Below are positions 1 to 13,599 of a stretch of 64,000 nucleotides of DNA, in pieces (the stretch's first letter is position 1; the number at the start of each line of letters is the position of its first letter). The stretch spans positions 25,854,001 to 25,918,000 of the forward strand of contig OZ024741.1 of the NCBI GenBank assembly GCA_964016885.1, given 5' to 3'. The stretch is from Eledone cirrhosa (Eukaryota). The translations under genes and the position numbers were made by a program. The notes beneath the pieces were generated by a model. The model saw only the letters and a list, made by a program, of their open reading frames with translations. It was not told where the DNA came from and did not search any database.

Positions 1-850
1 CGACGTGCTCGGAGAGACTCTGGGCGTCGAAGACGATGAGCTCACCAGTCTATTTGGTAGGACTTTCCGCCCGGGACCTATGGACAACTTCCAGAGGTCC
101 CTGGCCTGGCAGTACTACCGAGGAGCTCTACCGGTTCATGACAAGACCTACAAGCATGGACGCCCCGGCAGGGATCCTTCCAAGAGGACGTGTCCAAGAT
201 GCGCGCAGGACATTGAAACAGTCCTGCACGCAATTGTGCACTGCCCGGGCATAACTGACCTGTGGAACTATGCAGAACAACTGCTGTCGCATATGGGGCA
301 AATCCAGTTGACTGCTGAGTCCATAGTAAGGATCAAACCGCCAGCCTCTTTCAAAAACGAAAGAGAGGCGGTTTTCCTCTGTACGGTGGCTATGGTGAAA
401 GAAGTTATATGGTGGACGAGGTTGAGAGGACTGAGGACAGATGCCTTTCTCTCCGGACAACAATTGATTCCCTTCTTTAAGTATCACTTTAGAAGGAGAA
501 TCAGGGTGGAGAGAGAGGCACTGCACCTCAGTAAATTTACTGAAAGGTGGGTGAATGAAACAAAAATGGCCCGAGTGATTGGGCCTTCTCTGTTTATAAG
601 CCTGTAGGTTGCGGAAGAGAGAAAAAGGAAGAAAGGAGCACTTGCACAACACGCTCCTGGAGTTGAGGGTTGTTCTATCGACGGGGTATTAAACAACCCA
701 TTTGTGGCGCCTCCCCCCTATTGGGGATTTCGATTGTTGTAATTGTTTGTTTTTATATTTTTTACACGACTGTATGTAAAATCCCCGGCATGTCTTTGTA
801 TTGTCCCCTTTTCTTGTGCGCCCTTGTGGCTAATAAAGAAATATATCTAT
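1..850 (+). mobile_element. 3' end of a Tx1/L1-clade non-LTR retrotransposon (ORF2 C-terminus with zinc knuckle, plus 3' UTR), copy 1
   Basis: The open frame to stop 607 contains CPRC..ETVLHAIVHC (CCHC, zf-RVT-like) and the downstream ..IWWTR.. motif. The 3' UTR ends CCCTTGTGGCTAATAAAGAAAT followed by (TATC). It runs off the window start. Confidence 0.8.
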
Positions 851-852
851 TT

Positions 853-1705
853 ACCTCAAATGGACCCAGCGATCAGTGGAGACTCCACTTCGATATTCTA
901 TAGAGGGTTGGTCAGCAGCAAGTGTGACGACACGCTCGGAGAAACTCTAGGCATAGAGGAGGACGAACTGGCCAATCTGTTCGGTAGGACCTTCTGCCCG
1001 GGACCAATGGACAACTTCCAAAAGTCCCTGGCCTAGCAGTGCTACCGAGGAGCTCTACCAGTTCGAGACAAGCTCCACAGACACGGGTGCCCGGGTAGGG
1101 ACCCTTCGAAAAAGATCTGTCCGAGATCCGTGCGCGACCTGTGGGGCTATGTAGAACGACTATTGTCGCGGGTGGGACCAATCCAGTTGACCACCGAGTC
1201 CATTGTCATGATCAAACCGCCATCCTCTTTCAAAAACGAGGGAGAGGCGGTTTTCCTATATGTTATGGCTATGGTGAAAGAGGTTATATGGTGGACGAGG
1301 TTAAAAGGGCTAAGGTCAGACACCTTTCTCTCCGGCGAGTAACTGATTCGTTTTTTCAAATATTATTTTGGAAGAAGAATCAGGATGGAGAGAGAGGTGC
1401 TGTACCCCAGCAAGTTTTATAAAAGGTGGGTGAATGTGGCAAAGATGGCCCAAGTGGTTGGGCCTTCTCTCTATATAATCCTGTAGGTTGAGGAAGAGAG
1501 GAAGGGAATACTCACTCTTGGTGCTCCTGGAGATGAGGGTTGTACATTTTTTCGGGGTGTGTACAACCCCTGTGTAACGCCTCCCCCCTATTGGGGATAT
1601 GATTTGTTATTGTATTAATAGTTTTATTTTCATTTACCTGAATGTAAACTCCCCATTTGTATTTGTCCCATTCTTTTGTGCCCTTGTGGCTAATAATGAA
1701 ATTTA
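853..1705 (+). mobile_element. Second, 5'-truncated and degenerate copy of the same Tx1/L1-like LINE 3' end, directly in tandem
   Basis: Homologous translation (LGETLGIEEDELANLFGRTFCPGPMDNFQKSLA*; VKEVIWWTRLKGLR) with stops and a deletion through the zinc knuckle near 1127. Same 3' end GCCCTTGTGGCTAATAA. Confidence 0.8.
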
Positions 1706-2185
1706 TCTATCTATCTACCTACCTACCTACCTACCTACCTACCTACCTACCTATCTACCTACCTACCTACCTACTTACCTATCTATCTACCTACCTACCT
1801 ATCTACCTACCTACCTATCTACCTACCTACCTATCTATCTACCTACCTACCTATCTACCTACCTACCTATCTATCTACCTACCTACCTACCTACCTACCT
1901 ACCTATCTACCTACCTATCTACCTACCTATCTATCTACCTACCTACTTACCTACCTACCTACCTACCTACCTACCTATCTATCTACCTACCTACCTACCT
2001 ATCTACCTACCTATCTATCTACCTACCCTTGTGGCTAATAAAGAAATCTGTCTACCTATCTACTAGCCTGTCTATCTACCTACCTACTAACCTGTCTATC
2101 TACCTACCTAGTAACCTGTCTATCTACCTACTAGCCTGTCTATCTACCTACCTACTAGCCTGTCTATCTACCTATCAACCCACCT
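1705..2185. repeat. (CTAC/CTAT)n microsatellite containing a third LINE 3'-terminus at 2026-2048
   Basis: Directly visible; CCCTTGTGGCTAATAAAGAAAT recurs at 2026. Confidence 0.9.
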
Positions 2186-2199
2186 ATCACCCTAATCAG

Positions 2200-2536
2200 T
2201 AGTTTCATTGTCAGTACACTCTGTCATGTGATCTGCCTATAACAGAGTTGCTGAAGCATGGAATAAACTACCTGCATCAGTTGTTAGCTGTCGGGACACT
2301 GCATCCTTCAAAACTTCCATGATGCCCAAATTTCCCAACGCTACACCTGATATTCCCTATTCCCCCTCCACACACGCACACGTGTGTGTGTGTGTGTGTG
2401 TGTCTATGTGTGGTGTATGTATGTGTGTATATCATGACTCGTACACTGTTCACTTTCCTGACTTTAGTACATTATTCTATGTACTATACATGCACCTTTG
2501 ATGAGTTGTAGTGCACCTGAGCACTGTACACAATAA
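2200..2536 (+). mobile_element. CR1/L2-type LINE 3' fragment
   Basis: Translates RVAEAWNKLPASVVSCRDTASFKTS, a typical CR1 ORF2 C-terminus (WNxLP..VV....FK). The 3' end GTAGTGCACCTGAGCACTGTACACAAT recurs inverted near 16185-16212. Confidence 0.65.
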
Positions 2537-2540
2537 TTGG

Positions 2541-2740
2541 ATTGGCAATATCGGTAGAGGGTCGGACGCCATGCTTTACAACAAAGAGTTACGGCCCTTT
2601 ATGGCCTGAGTTCAAATCCCGCCAAGGTTAACTTTGCCTTTCATCCTTACAGGGTCGATAAAATAAAGTACCAGTAATGCACTGGGATAATTGCTGGCCT
2701 TGTGCCAAAAGTAGAAACAATTATTATCATTATTATTATT
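2541..2740 (+). mobile_element. tRNA-derived SINE with Nin/Deu-like central domain
   Basis: B-box GAGTTCAAATCC, then CTTTGCCTTTCATCC..GGGTCGATAAAATAAAGTACCAG and an (ATT)n tail. An inverted homologue lies at 15960-16155. Confidence 0.75.
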
Positions 2741-3119
2741 ATATACATTTTAACACTAACTTAACTAATCTTTCTTGTGCAGAAGATGTCACTGGGTAAT
2801 TCATTCTCAAAAACATGCTAACTTTTTACAACACCCAATGTACATCATCATCGTCCTCGTCATCATTTAATATCTATCTTCTGCGCTAGCATGGGTTAGA
2901 CGGGTTTGTCCCATTTGAGGCAAGTTTGGTTGGGTGACCATGTCTCACTTGTATAGGACTGTACAATATTTACATTTACTTAGTGGTTCTCTGATCTCTA
3001 TTTTGGCAAATGCAGTGATGTCTATGCTTTGCTGAGGGTCATGATAATGCTGTAACATGTCTGAAGTTCTCTTCTTGTTGGAATAATTAGACATTTAAAA
3101 TCCTTCATCTTTAACATTA

Positions 3120-3400
3120 CCACCCCACCACCAATATCACCCTCGCATCAAGACCTCAAATACCACCATCAACAACACCACCACCACCACCACCACCACC
3201 ACCATCACCACCATCACCACCACCATCACCACCACCATCACCATCACCACCACCACAACCACCACCATCATCACCACCACAACCACCACCATCACCACCA
3301 CCATCACCACCGTCACCATCATCACCACCACCACCACTACCATCACCACCATCACCATCACCACTGCCACCATCAACACCATCACCACCATAGCCACAGT
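3120..3400. repeat. (CAC/CAT)n microsatellite
   Basis: Directly visible. Confidence 0.9.
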
Positions 3401-3451
3401 AAATGCAAGGATAGCCATGTACCCATACTTCTAGGATGTTATTTAAAGTAA

Positions 3452-3879
3452 ATTTGGCTGCTATATCTAGCAGATACAACAACCACATGGTATACTCAGG
3501 GTTTTATTTGAGGTAGATTTGGCTGCTGTATCTAGCAGACACAACAACCACATGTTATACTCAGGGTTTTATTTGAGGTAGATTTGGCTGCTGTATCTAG
3601 CAGACACAACAACCACATGTTATACTCAGGGTTTTATTTGCGGTAGATTTGGCTGCTGTATCTAGCAGACACAACAACCACATGTTATACTCAGGGTTTT
3701 ATTTGCGGTAGATTTGGCTGCTGTATCTAGCAGACACAACAACCACATGTTATACTCAGGGTTTTATTTGAGGTAGATTTGGCTGCTGTATCTAGCAGAC
3801 ACAACAACCACATGTTATACTCAGGGTTTTATTTGAGGTAGATTTGGCTGCTGTATCTAGCAGACACAACAACCACATG
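3452..3879. repeat. 65-bp minisatellite, ~6.5 near-identical copies
   Basis: ATTTGGCTGCTGTATCTAGCAG... restarts at 3452, 3517, 3582, 3647, 3712, 3777 and 3842. Confidence 0.92.
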
Positions 3880-3947
3880 ATTTTCTACACCCTACTCCCA
3901 ATTCTGCTCCTTTTCTTGGAAGCAGGTGTAGTATATGAAATATTTGC

Positions 3948-4235
3948 CACTATCACCACCGCCACCACCACTACCATCACCACCACCACTACCATCACCA
4001 CCACCACTACCATCACCACCACCATCACCACCATCACCACCATCACCACCACCACCACCACCACCACCATCACCACTACTATCATCACCACCACTACCAC
4101 CACCACCACCAACATTACTACCATCATCAATATTACCACCACTACCACCCCATCATGACCTTCACCCCCCCCCCCCCACCATCGCCACCACCACCACCAC
4201 ACCACCACCACCATCACCACCACCCCATCAACCCA
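3948..4235. repeat. (CAC/CAT/TAC)n microsatellite
   Basis: Directly visible. Confidence 0.9.
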
Positions 4236-4289
4236 CCAGCGGTGGTATACAGTTATATTCATCCTGTCATCTCCTCCACCACCCCTCCA

Positions 4290-4932
4290 CCACACCCCAC
4301 CCCAACCTAGATATTCCTCCACCTCCACCCCAACCTAGATATTCCTCCACCCCCACCCCAACCTAGATATTCCTCCACTCCACCCCCAACCTAGATATTC
4401 CTCCACTCCACCCCCACCCCAACCTAGATATTCCTCCACCCCAACCTAGATATTCCTCCACTCCACCCCAACCTAGATATTCCTCCACTCCACCCCAACC
4501 TAGATATTCCTCCACCCAACCCCCACCTAGATATTCCTCCACTCCACCCCCACCCCAACCTAGATATTGCTCCACCCCCACCCAACCTAGATATTCCTCC
4601 ACCCCCACCCCAACCTAGATATTCCTCCACTCCACCCCAACCTAGATATTCCTCCACCCCCACCCCAACCTAGATATTCCTCCATTCCACCCCCACCCAA
4701 CCTAGATATTCCTCCACTCCACCCCCACCCCGACCTAGATATTCCTCCACCCTCACCCCAACCAAGATATTCCTCCATTCCACCCCCAACCTAGATATTC
4801 CTCCACCCCCACCCCAACCTAGATGTTCCTCCACTCCACCCCCACCCCAACCTAGATGTTCCTCCACTCCACCACCACCCAACCTAGATATTCCTCCACC
4901 CCACCCCCACCCCAACCTAAATATTCCCCCAC
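4290..4932. repeat. ~24-36 bp C-rich minisatellite (core CCCAACCTAGATATTCCTCCAC)
   Basis: About 20 variable-length units with a constant core. Confidence 0.9.
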
Positions 4933-4957
4933 CTTATTCAACTCCAGTATGATGCCA

Positions 4958-5495
4958 TTGTGTGTGTAGGTATGTATGTATGTGTGTGTTTGTATATATA
5001 TGTATGTATGTGTGTGTATGTATGTGTGTGTGTCTGTATGCCTGTGTATATCTGTGAATGTTGTCTGTGTGTGTGTATATATGTGTGTATATATGTGTGT
5101 GTATATATATATGTGTGTGTGTGTATGCATTATGCATGTGTGTGTATATGTAAGCAAGTATGTGTGTATGCATGTGTGTATGTATGTGTGTATGCATGTG
5201 TGTGCATATGTGTATGTGTCTGTATGTATGTATGCATGTGTGTATGTATGTGTGTATATATGTGTGTATGTGTGTATATATGTATGCTTGTATGTGTGTA
5301 TATATGTGTTTATGTATGTATGCATGTGTGTGAGAGTATATGTATGCATGTATGTGTGTATGTGTATGTGTGTGTATGTCTGTGTGTGAGTGTATGTATG
5401 TGTGTATGCGTGAGTGTGTGAGTGTATGTATGCATGTATGTGTGTATGTATGTGAGTATATGTGTGTATGTATGTATGTATGTATGTTTGTGTGT
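4958..5495. repeat. (TG/TA) low-complexity microsatellite
   Basis: Directly visible. Confidence 0.9.
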
Positions 5496-5606
5496 TTATC
5501 TGTTCTTCAATATTCCATATTTATCAACACCCCCCCCCTCTCTCTCTGGGACTGAGGAGATCTAGGTCAAACCACAGTTTCTCTTGGTTACTAACATCTG
5601 TCATAC

Positions 5607-5649
5607 TTACTACTACTACTACCATTACTACTACTACTACTGCTACCAT

Positions 5650-5681
<32 letters not shown>

Positions 5682-6048
5682 TTACTACCATTACTACTAC
5701 TACTACTACTGCTACCATTACTACTACTACTGCTACCATTACTACTACTACTACTACCATTACTACTACTACTACTACCATTATTACTACTACTACTACT
5801 ATTACTACCATTACTACTACTACTACTGCTACCATTACTACTACTACCATTACTACCATTACTACTACTACTACTGCTACCATTACTACTACTACTGCTA
5901 CCATTATTACTACTACTACTACCATTACTACTACTACTACCATTACTACTACTACTACCATTACTACTACTACTACCATTACTACTACTATTACTGCTAC
6001 TATTACTGCTACTATTACTACTACTATTACTATTACTACTACTACTAC

Positions 6049-6080
<32 letters not shown>
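5607..6080. repeat. (TAC)n trinucleotide repeat with CAT/TAT/TGC interruptions
   Basis: Directly visible. Confidence 0.92.
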
Positions 6081-6081
<1 letters not shown>

Positions 6082-6099
6082 ATTAGGCATACAGGTGGA

Positions 6100-6330
6100 T
6101 ACAGGGGGCCTAGTGGTTAAGGTGAATGTTGTGGGTTCAATTCCTGAGCTGGATTCGGTGTTGTGTTCTTCAACAAAATATTTCATGTTGCTCCAGTATA
6201 CTCAGCTGAGAATGAGTACCAGTAATAGCTGGAGGTTTGACCCTGTGATGGACTGTCCAGGAGGGAGTCTTATACTTACAGTCCTTTTACGCTACAAAAC
6301 CGGGATAAGCACCGGCCTAACAAACCTCCT
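6100..6330 (+). mobile_element. tRNA-derived SINE (CORE/V-like body)
   Basis: A-box GGCCTAGTGGTTAAGG and B-box GGTTCAATTCC, then TGCTCCAGTATACTCAGCTG and CCCTGTGATGGACTG. Homologues at 12885-13090 (+) and 49225-49362 (-). Confidence 0.7.
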
Positions 6331-6827
6331 TACATTAAAATATTCCAAACAGTTTAATAATTCTTTCTAATGTTGACACAAAGTCAGCAATTCTGGGGAA
6401 GTGGGAATGGATTATATTGACCCCCCCCCCCATCTCCACCTGTACTCACAGGTCTCCAATAATTTCCCCACCCTCCCACTTATTAGTTTTCAGATATTAT
6501 CCACCACCACCCCACTCTTATTCTACCCCCCACCTCCACTTATTAAATTTTGCTAATCTATCTCCGTCAACACTTTATTTAAGTAGTAGCATTCCTGCAA
6601 CAATTAATTTTCTTTAGACATCAAAAACATTATACAAAAGTAAAGTACATTACTAGCAATCCCATATGTTATAAAATAAATAGGATGGGTTGGGGTCGCA
6701 ATATTAAACTAAATGACTATATCTTTAAAAAAATCAATGGAGACAACCTAAAAAAAATTACCAGTTTTCCACCCTCACCTTGCTTATTCTAACCCACCCT
6801 CCTATTGTTTGGGACTCAAGGCTTCTT

Positions 6828-6910
6828 AATTGGTACTTTATTTTATCAACTGAGAAAATGGTGAAAGAAAGGCTAAGTTGACCTCAGAGGGATTTGAACT
6901 CAGAACATAG
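6828..6910 (-). mobile_element. Degenerate fragment of the Nin-like SINE
   Basis: TGGTACTTTATTTTATCAAC...GAAAGGC..AGTTGACCTC..GGGATTTGAACTCAG matches the reverse complement of the 2541-2740 SINE. Confidence 0.6.
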
Positions 6911-6947
6911 TCATAATTAAATACTGCAAAACATTCTGTCTGACATC

Positions 6948-9900
6948 CTAACTCCGACCCTAACCATAACCCAAACTCTCACCCCGACCCTAACCACAAC
7001 CCCAACTCTCACCCCGACCCTAACCACAACCCCAACTCTCACCCCGACCCTAACCACAACCCCGACCCTAACCACAACCCCAACTCTCACCCCAACTCTC
7101 ACCCCAACCCTAACCACAACCCCAACTCTCACCCCAACTCTCACCCCGACCCTAACCATAACCCAAAACTCACCCCGACCCTAACCATAACCCAAACTCT
7201 CACCCCGACCCTAACCACAACCCCAACTCTCACCCGACCCTAACCACAACCCCAACTCTCACCCCGACCCTAACCACAACCCTAACTCTCACCCCGACCC
7301 TAACCACAACCCCAACTCTCACCCCGACCCTAACCACAACCCCAACTCTCACCCCAACTCTCACCCCAACCCTAACCATAACCCAAACTCTCACCCTGAC
7401 TCTAACCACAACCCCAACTCTCACCCCGACCCTAACCACAACCCCAACTCTCACCCCGACCCTAACCACAACCCCAACTCTCACCCCGACCCTAACCACA
7501 ACCCCAACTCTCACCCCGACCCTAACCACAACCCCAACTCTCACCCCGACCCTAACTATAACCCAAACTCTCACTCCGACCCTAACCATAACCCAAACTC
7601 TCACCCCGACCCTAACCACAACCCCAACTCTCACCCCGACCCTAACCACAACCCCAACTCTCACCCCGACCCTAACCACAACCCCAACTCTCACCCCGAC
7701 CCTAACCACAACCCCAACTCTCACCCCAACTCTCACCCCAACCCTAACCACAACCCCAACTCTCACCCCGACCCTAACCATAACCCAAACTCTCACCCCG
7801 ACCCTAACCATAACCCAAACTCTCACCCCGACCCTAACCACGACCCCAACTCTCACCCCGACCCTAACCACAACCCCAACTCTCACCCCGACCCTAACCA
7901 CAACCCCAACTCTCACCCCGACCCTAACCACAACCCCAACTCTCACCCCAACCCTAACCATAACCCAAACTCTCACCCTGACTCTAACCACAACCCCAAC
8001 TCTCACCCCGACCCTAACCACAACCCCAACTCTCACTCCGACCCTAACCACAACCCCAACTCTCACCCCAACTCTCACCCCGACCCTAACCATAACCCAA
8101 ACTCTCACCCCGACCCTAACCATAACCCAAACTCTCACCCCGACCCTAACCACAACCCCAACTCTCACCCGACCCTAACCACAACCCCAACTCTCACCCG
8201 ACCCTAACCACAACCCCAACTCTCACCCCGACCCTAACCACAACCCCAACTCTCACCCCGACCCTAACCACAACCCCAACTCTCACCCCAACTCTCACCC
8301 CAACCCTAACCATAACCCAAACTCTCACCCTGACTCTAACCACAACCCCAACTCTAACCACAACCCCAACTCTCACCCCGACCCTAACCACAACCCCAAC
8401 TCTCACCCCGACCCTAACCACAACCCCAACTCTCACTCCGACCCTAACCACAACCCCAACTCTCACCCCAACTCTCACCCGACCCTAACCACAACCCCAA
8501 CTCTCACCCCGACCCTAACCACAACCCCAACTCTCACCCCGACCCTAACTATAACCCAAACTCTCACTCCGACCCTAACCATAACCCAAACTCTCACCCC
8601 GACCCTAACCACAACCCCAACTCTCACCCCGACCCTAACCACAACCCCAACTCTCACCCCGACCCTAACCACAACCCCAACTCTCACCCCGACCCTAACC
8701 ACAACCCCAACTCTCACCCCAACTCTCACCCCAACCCTAACCATAACCCAAACTCTCACCCTGACTCTAACCACAACCCCAACTCTAACCACAACCCCAA
8801 CTCTCACCCCGACCCTAACCACAACCCCAACTCTCACCCCGACCCTAACCACAACCCCAACTCTCACCCCGACCCTAACCACAACCCCAACTCTCACCCC
8901 GACCCTAACCACAACCCCAACTCTCACCCCGACCCTAACCACAACCCCAACTCTCACCCCAACTCTCACCCCAACCCTAACCATAACCCAAACTCTCACC
9001 CTGACTCTAACCACAACCCCAACTCTAACCACAACCCCAACTCTCACCCCGACCCTAACCACAACCCCAACTCTCACCCCGACCCTAACCACAACCCCAA
9101 CTCTCACTCCGACCCTAACCACAACCCCAACTCTCACCCCAACTCTCACCCGACCCTAACCACAACCCCAACTCTCACCCCGACCCTAACCACAACCCCA
9201 ACTCTCACCCCGACCCTAACTATAACCCAAACTCTCACTCCGACCCTAACCATAACCCAAACTCTCACCCCGACCCTAACCACAACCCCAACTCTCACCC
9301 CGACCCTAACCACAACCCCAACTCTCACCCCGACCCTAACCACAACCCCAACTCTCACCCCAACTCTCACCCTAACCACAACCCCAACTCTCACCCCAAC
9401 TCTCACCCCGACCCTAACCATAACCCAAACTCTCACCCCGACCCTAACCATAACCCAAACTCTCACCCCGACCCTAACCATAACCCAAACTCTCACCCCG
9501 ACCCTAACCACAACCCCAACTCTCACCCCGACCCTAACCACAACCCCAACTCTCACCCCGACCCTAACCACAACCCCAACTCTCACCCCGACCCTAACCA
9601 CAACCCCAACTCTCACCCCAACTCTCACCCCAACCCTAACCATAACCCAAACTCTCACCCTGACTCTAACCAGAACCCCAACTCTCACCCCGACCCTAAC
9701 CACAACCCCAACTCTCACCCCGACCCTAACCACAACCCCAACTCTCAATCCGACCCTAACCACAACCCCAACTCTCACCCCAACTCTCACCCGACCCTAA
9801 CCACAACCCCAACTCTCACCCCGACCCTAACCACAACCCCAACTCTCACCCCGACCCTAACCACAACCCCAACTCTCACCCCGACCCTAACCACAACCCC

Positions 9901-10603
9901 AACTCTCACCCCGACCCTAACTATAACCCAAACTCTCACTCCGACCCTAACCACAACCCCAACTCTCACCCCGACCCTAACCACAACCCCAACTCTCACC
10001 CCAACCCTAACCATAACCCAAACTCTCACCCCGACCCTAACCACAACCCCAACTCTCACCCCAACCCTAACCATAACCCAAACTCTCACCCTGACCCTAA
10101 CCACAACCCCAACTCTCACTCCGACCCTAACCACAACACCAACTCTCACCCCAACTCTCACCCCAACTCTCACCCGACCCTAACCACAACCCCAACTCTC
10201 ACCCAAACCCTAACCACAACCCCAACTCTCACCCCGACCCTAACCATAACCCAAACTCTCACCCCGACCCTAACCACAACCCCAACTCTCACCCCGACCC
10301 TAACCACAACCCCAACTCTCACCCCAACTCTCACCCCGACCCTAACCATAACCCAAACTCTCACCCCGACCCTAACCACAACCCCAACTCTTACCCCGAC
10401 CCTAACCACAACCCCAACTCTCACCCCGACCCTAACCACAACCCCAACTCTTACCCCGACCCTAACCACAACCCCAACTCTCACCCCAACTCTCACCCCG
10501 ACCCTAACCACAACCCCAACTCTCACCCCGACCCTAACCACAACCCCAACTCTCACCCCGACCCTAACTACAACCCCAACTCTCACCCCGACCCTAACCC
10601 TAA
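6948..10603. repeat. 30-bp minisatellite built of hexamers (CCCTAA CCACAA CCCCAA CTCTCA CCCCGA); interstitial telomere-like
   Basis: About 3.65 kb array with one canonical CCCTAA per unit. It ends in CCCTAACCCTAA, and the variants are mostly whole-hexamer gains or losses. Confidence 0.9.
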
Positions 10604-10849
10604 CAACTTTGAAAATTCAAAGAAAAAATTGTTATTAACAGCATTCTGTCAAAGTTTTTATGATTTCTAAACTTTATTGAAGCAGTGTATTAATTAGAAA
10701 TACAGTAAAGAAAGGGTTAAATTGTAAAGGTCTGGCAACCCATCCAGGGATGGGTTTTGTACTTTCAGTAGCAGAGGTGGGTGGTGAAAGGCTGGTAGCA
10801 CTGGGCCTGCCTCATGGGATAAACATCCCTTCAAACTATGACACAATTG

Positions 10850-11580
10850 CTACTACCACTACTACTGCCATCACCACCACTACTACTACTACTGTCATCA
10901 CCACTACTATTACTACTACTTCTGCCATCATCATCACCACCACTACTACTACTACCGCTACTACTACCACCACCACTACTACTACCACCACCACCATTAC
11001 TATTACCACCACCACCACCGCCACTACTACTACCACCACCACCACCTCCACTACTACTACTACTACCACCACCACCACTACCACCTCTATCACCACCACT
11101 ATCACCACCACCACCACCACCACCACCACAACTACTACTATTACTACTACTACTACCACCACCTCTACCGCCACCATCACCACTGCTACTACTATTACCA
11201 CCACCAAGTTTTATAACTTTATTAAAATAGTGGTTTGCAATGGCCAAATGAAAAACAGTGTGTTGGTCTTGTATATCCTGTTGCTAGTATTGTGGTGGTG
11301 GTATAGTGGTGGTGTGGTGGTGGTGTGGTGTGGTGGTGGTGGTGTAATGGTGTTGGTGTTGTGGTATGCTGCCGTGTGGTAGTGGTGTGGTTTACTGTTG
11401 GTGTGTTGGTGTTGTGGTATGGTGCCATGTGGTGGTGTTGTGGTAAAATGTGGTGTGTTGGCAATGGCTTGGTAGTGGTGTCAGTGGTGGTAGTGATATA
11501 ATGACATGTTTGTGAGTGTGATGGCAGTTGCTTGGTTGTAGTAGTAGTGGTGATGGTAGTAGTGTTTATGGTAGAGGTGG
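10850..11580. repeat. (ACT/ACC)n tract followed by an oppositely oriented (GGT)n tract
   Basis: 10850-11205 is CAC/TAC-rich and 11290-11580 is GTG/GTA-rich. Confidence 0.85.
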
Positions 11581-11801
11581 TACTGGAAATATCTCTTGTC
11601 TGACCTTCTCCCCCCCCCCCCCCCCAACACTACTTACTTAACCTATTTCCCCCCACCCCATCCAACCCTGAGCAAAGCACTGAAAATATCTGTCTGTTCC
11701 CATTACTTAACATCATAGGAGATGTGAGAGAGTGTGGCTGATGGTAATAAATATATAGATGCAGCAGAGAGAGATTGCTATGTAGATAGTGAGTGGCAGA
11801 A

Positions 11802-11846
<45 letters not shown>

Positions 11847-11979
11847 CAAGCAAGACATGGTCACCTGACCTGGCATTGCTCACAACAGGATAACTAGTCT
11901 AACCCATGCCAGTGCGGAAAATGGATGTTGAATGGAGATGATGATTTATATATACACACACACACACACACACACATAT

Positions 11980-12817
11980 ACCACTATTGGCCGCTAAGGG
12001 TTTCTCTCTAAAAATGAAGGGCAGGCTGTATGATGCCTGCATACGAACAGCGATGTTACATGGCAGTGAGACATGGGCCTTGTGTGCAGAGGATCTACGC
12101 AGACTGGAGAGGAATGAAGCTTGCATACTCGGTTGGATATGCGAACGGCAAAGCATAAATGAACTAAGTGAGAAATTAGGAATAAGAGGGATCAGATGCT
12201 GTTTACTTGAGAGAAGACTATGTTGGTATGGCCACGTGATGCGCATGAAAGACGACAGCTGTATAAAAATCTGCAGGGCGATCAAAATAGACGGTAGCTA
12301 CGGAGTAGGCAGACCCAGAAAAACCTGGGATGACTTGATAAATTCTGACCTTACACACTTACACCTCTCCAAGTCAATGTCACTGGACCGAGATCTTTGG
12401 CGCTACGCAGTAATACAAAAGACCCGCCTTGCCTAAGTACAAAGCGAAACCTACAGTCAGTAGGCATCTCTTAACAAAAATACACCACCGTCCCACTACC
12501 CCTACCCCCACCGCCATCTACATCACCCCTTTCGATGTAAAGCTATGTTGGTACCACAACATCCAGTCCGAAATAAATGAGGTCATGTAGGTGTCACGAC
12601 AAAAAAACACAGTCCACGCTGTAATGTGGCCGTGTAGGTAACACGGTAAAAACCTCCCAGTCCACACTGTAAACGTGGTTGGTGTTAGGAAGGGCATCCG
12701 GCCATAGAAAACCCGCCAGACAGTCCCGTGCAAGACAACAAATCTTGCCTCAAGTGGGACAATTCCCGTCCAGACCCATGCTAGCGTGAAAGATGGACGT
12801 TAAACGATGATGATGAT
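11980..12817 (+). mobile_element. RTE-clade LINE 3' fragment (ORF C-terminus, 3' UTR and (GAT)n tail)
   Basis: KGRLYDACIRTAMLHGSETW..LERNE..RRLCWYGHVMR..GRPRKTW are RTE C-terminal motifs. The UTR ends GGACGTTAAACGATGATGATG. Confidence 0.85.
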
Positions 12818-12884
12818 ATATATATATATTTATATGTACATATATTTATATGTATGTATATATTTATGTATGTGGCCTAGAGTC

Positions 12885-13090
12885 ACATGGTCTAGTGGTA
12901 AGGGTGTTGGACTTACGATCATAATGTCGTGGGTTTGATTCCTGGGTTGCCTGTTGTGTTCTTGAGCAAAACACTTCATTTTACGTTACTCCAGTATACT
13001 CAGCTGAAAATGAGAACCAGCAATAGCTGGAGGTTTAACCCTGCAATGGACTGGTGTCCTGGGATAAGCACCGGCTAAATAAGCCTTTTG
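12885..13090 (+). mobile_element. tRNA-derived SINE (same family as 6100-6330)
   Basis: TGGTCTAGTGGTAAGG...GGTTTGATTCC...GTGTTCTTGAGCAAAACACTT...CTCCAGTATACTCAGCTG. Confidence 0.72.
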
Positions 13091-13599
13091 GCTTAAGACA
13101 GACTTTAGACTTTTAGATATATATATATATATATGTGTGTATGTATATATGTGTGTGTGTATATATATATATATAGATATCAAAATCCACATTCAATAAA
13201 AACACCAGGATTTTTTCATTCTGATGACTAAAAGCAGATTTGTTTGCTTTCAAGAAACCACTGGTAAATGAAATAATTATCTTATGTTGTTTATTACATA
13301 ACTATTAAGCTCTGTAACCTACATAGAGCACTCTATTTTCCTGGACCTTTCCGATGGAATTACTTCATTCATATATATATATATATGTATATATCACTAA
13401 TTTTTAATACAAATTGGATTTATCTCTGAACTGTATGGCTGTTGACAAAATTAGATCTTTAAATATTTGAATCCCTTATAATCAATTTTTATATTGAAAT
13501 GATTAATAATCTTAGTAAATCCCTCAAAATTCTTCTCCTTCTCCTTCTTCTTTTTTTTTCTTCTTTTTCATTTTCTTTTTCTTTTTCTTTCTCTTGAGA

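Noticed and set aside
6100-6150. tRNA genes at SINE heads (also 2545-2620, 12885-12945)
   Set aside because: Only A/B boxes remain; there is no cloverleaf, and they run into SINE bodies.
6917-10586. Long VRVG-repeat ORFs
   Set aside because: Stop-free reading of the hexamer minisatellite with frequent 1-bp frameshifts.
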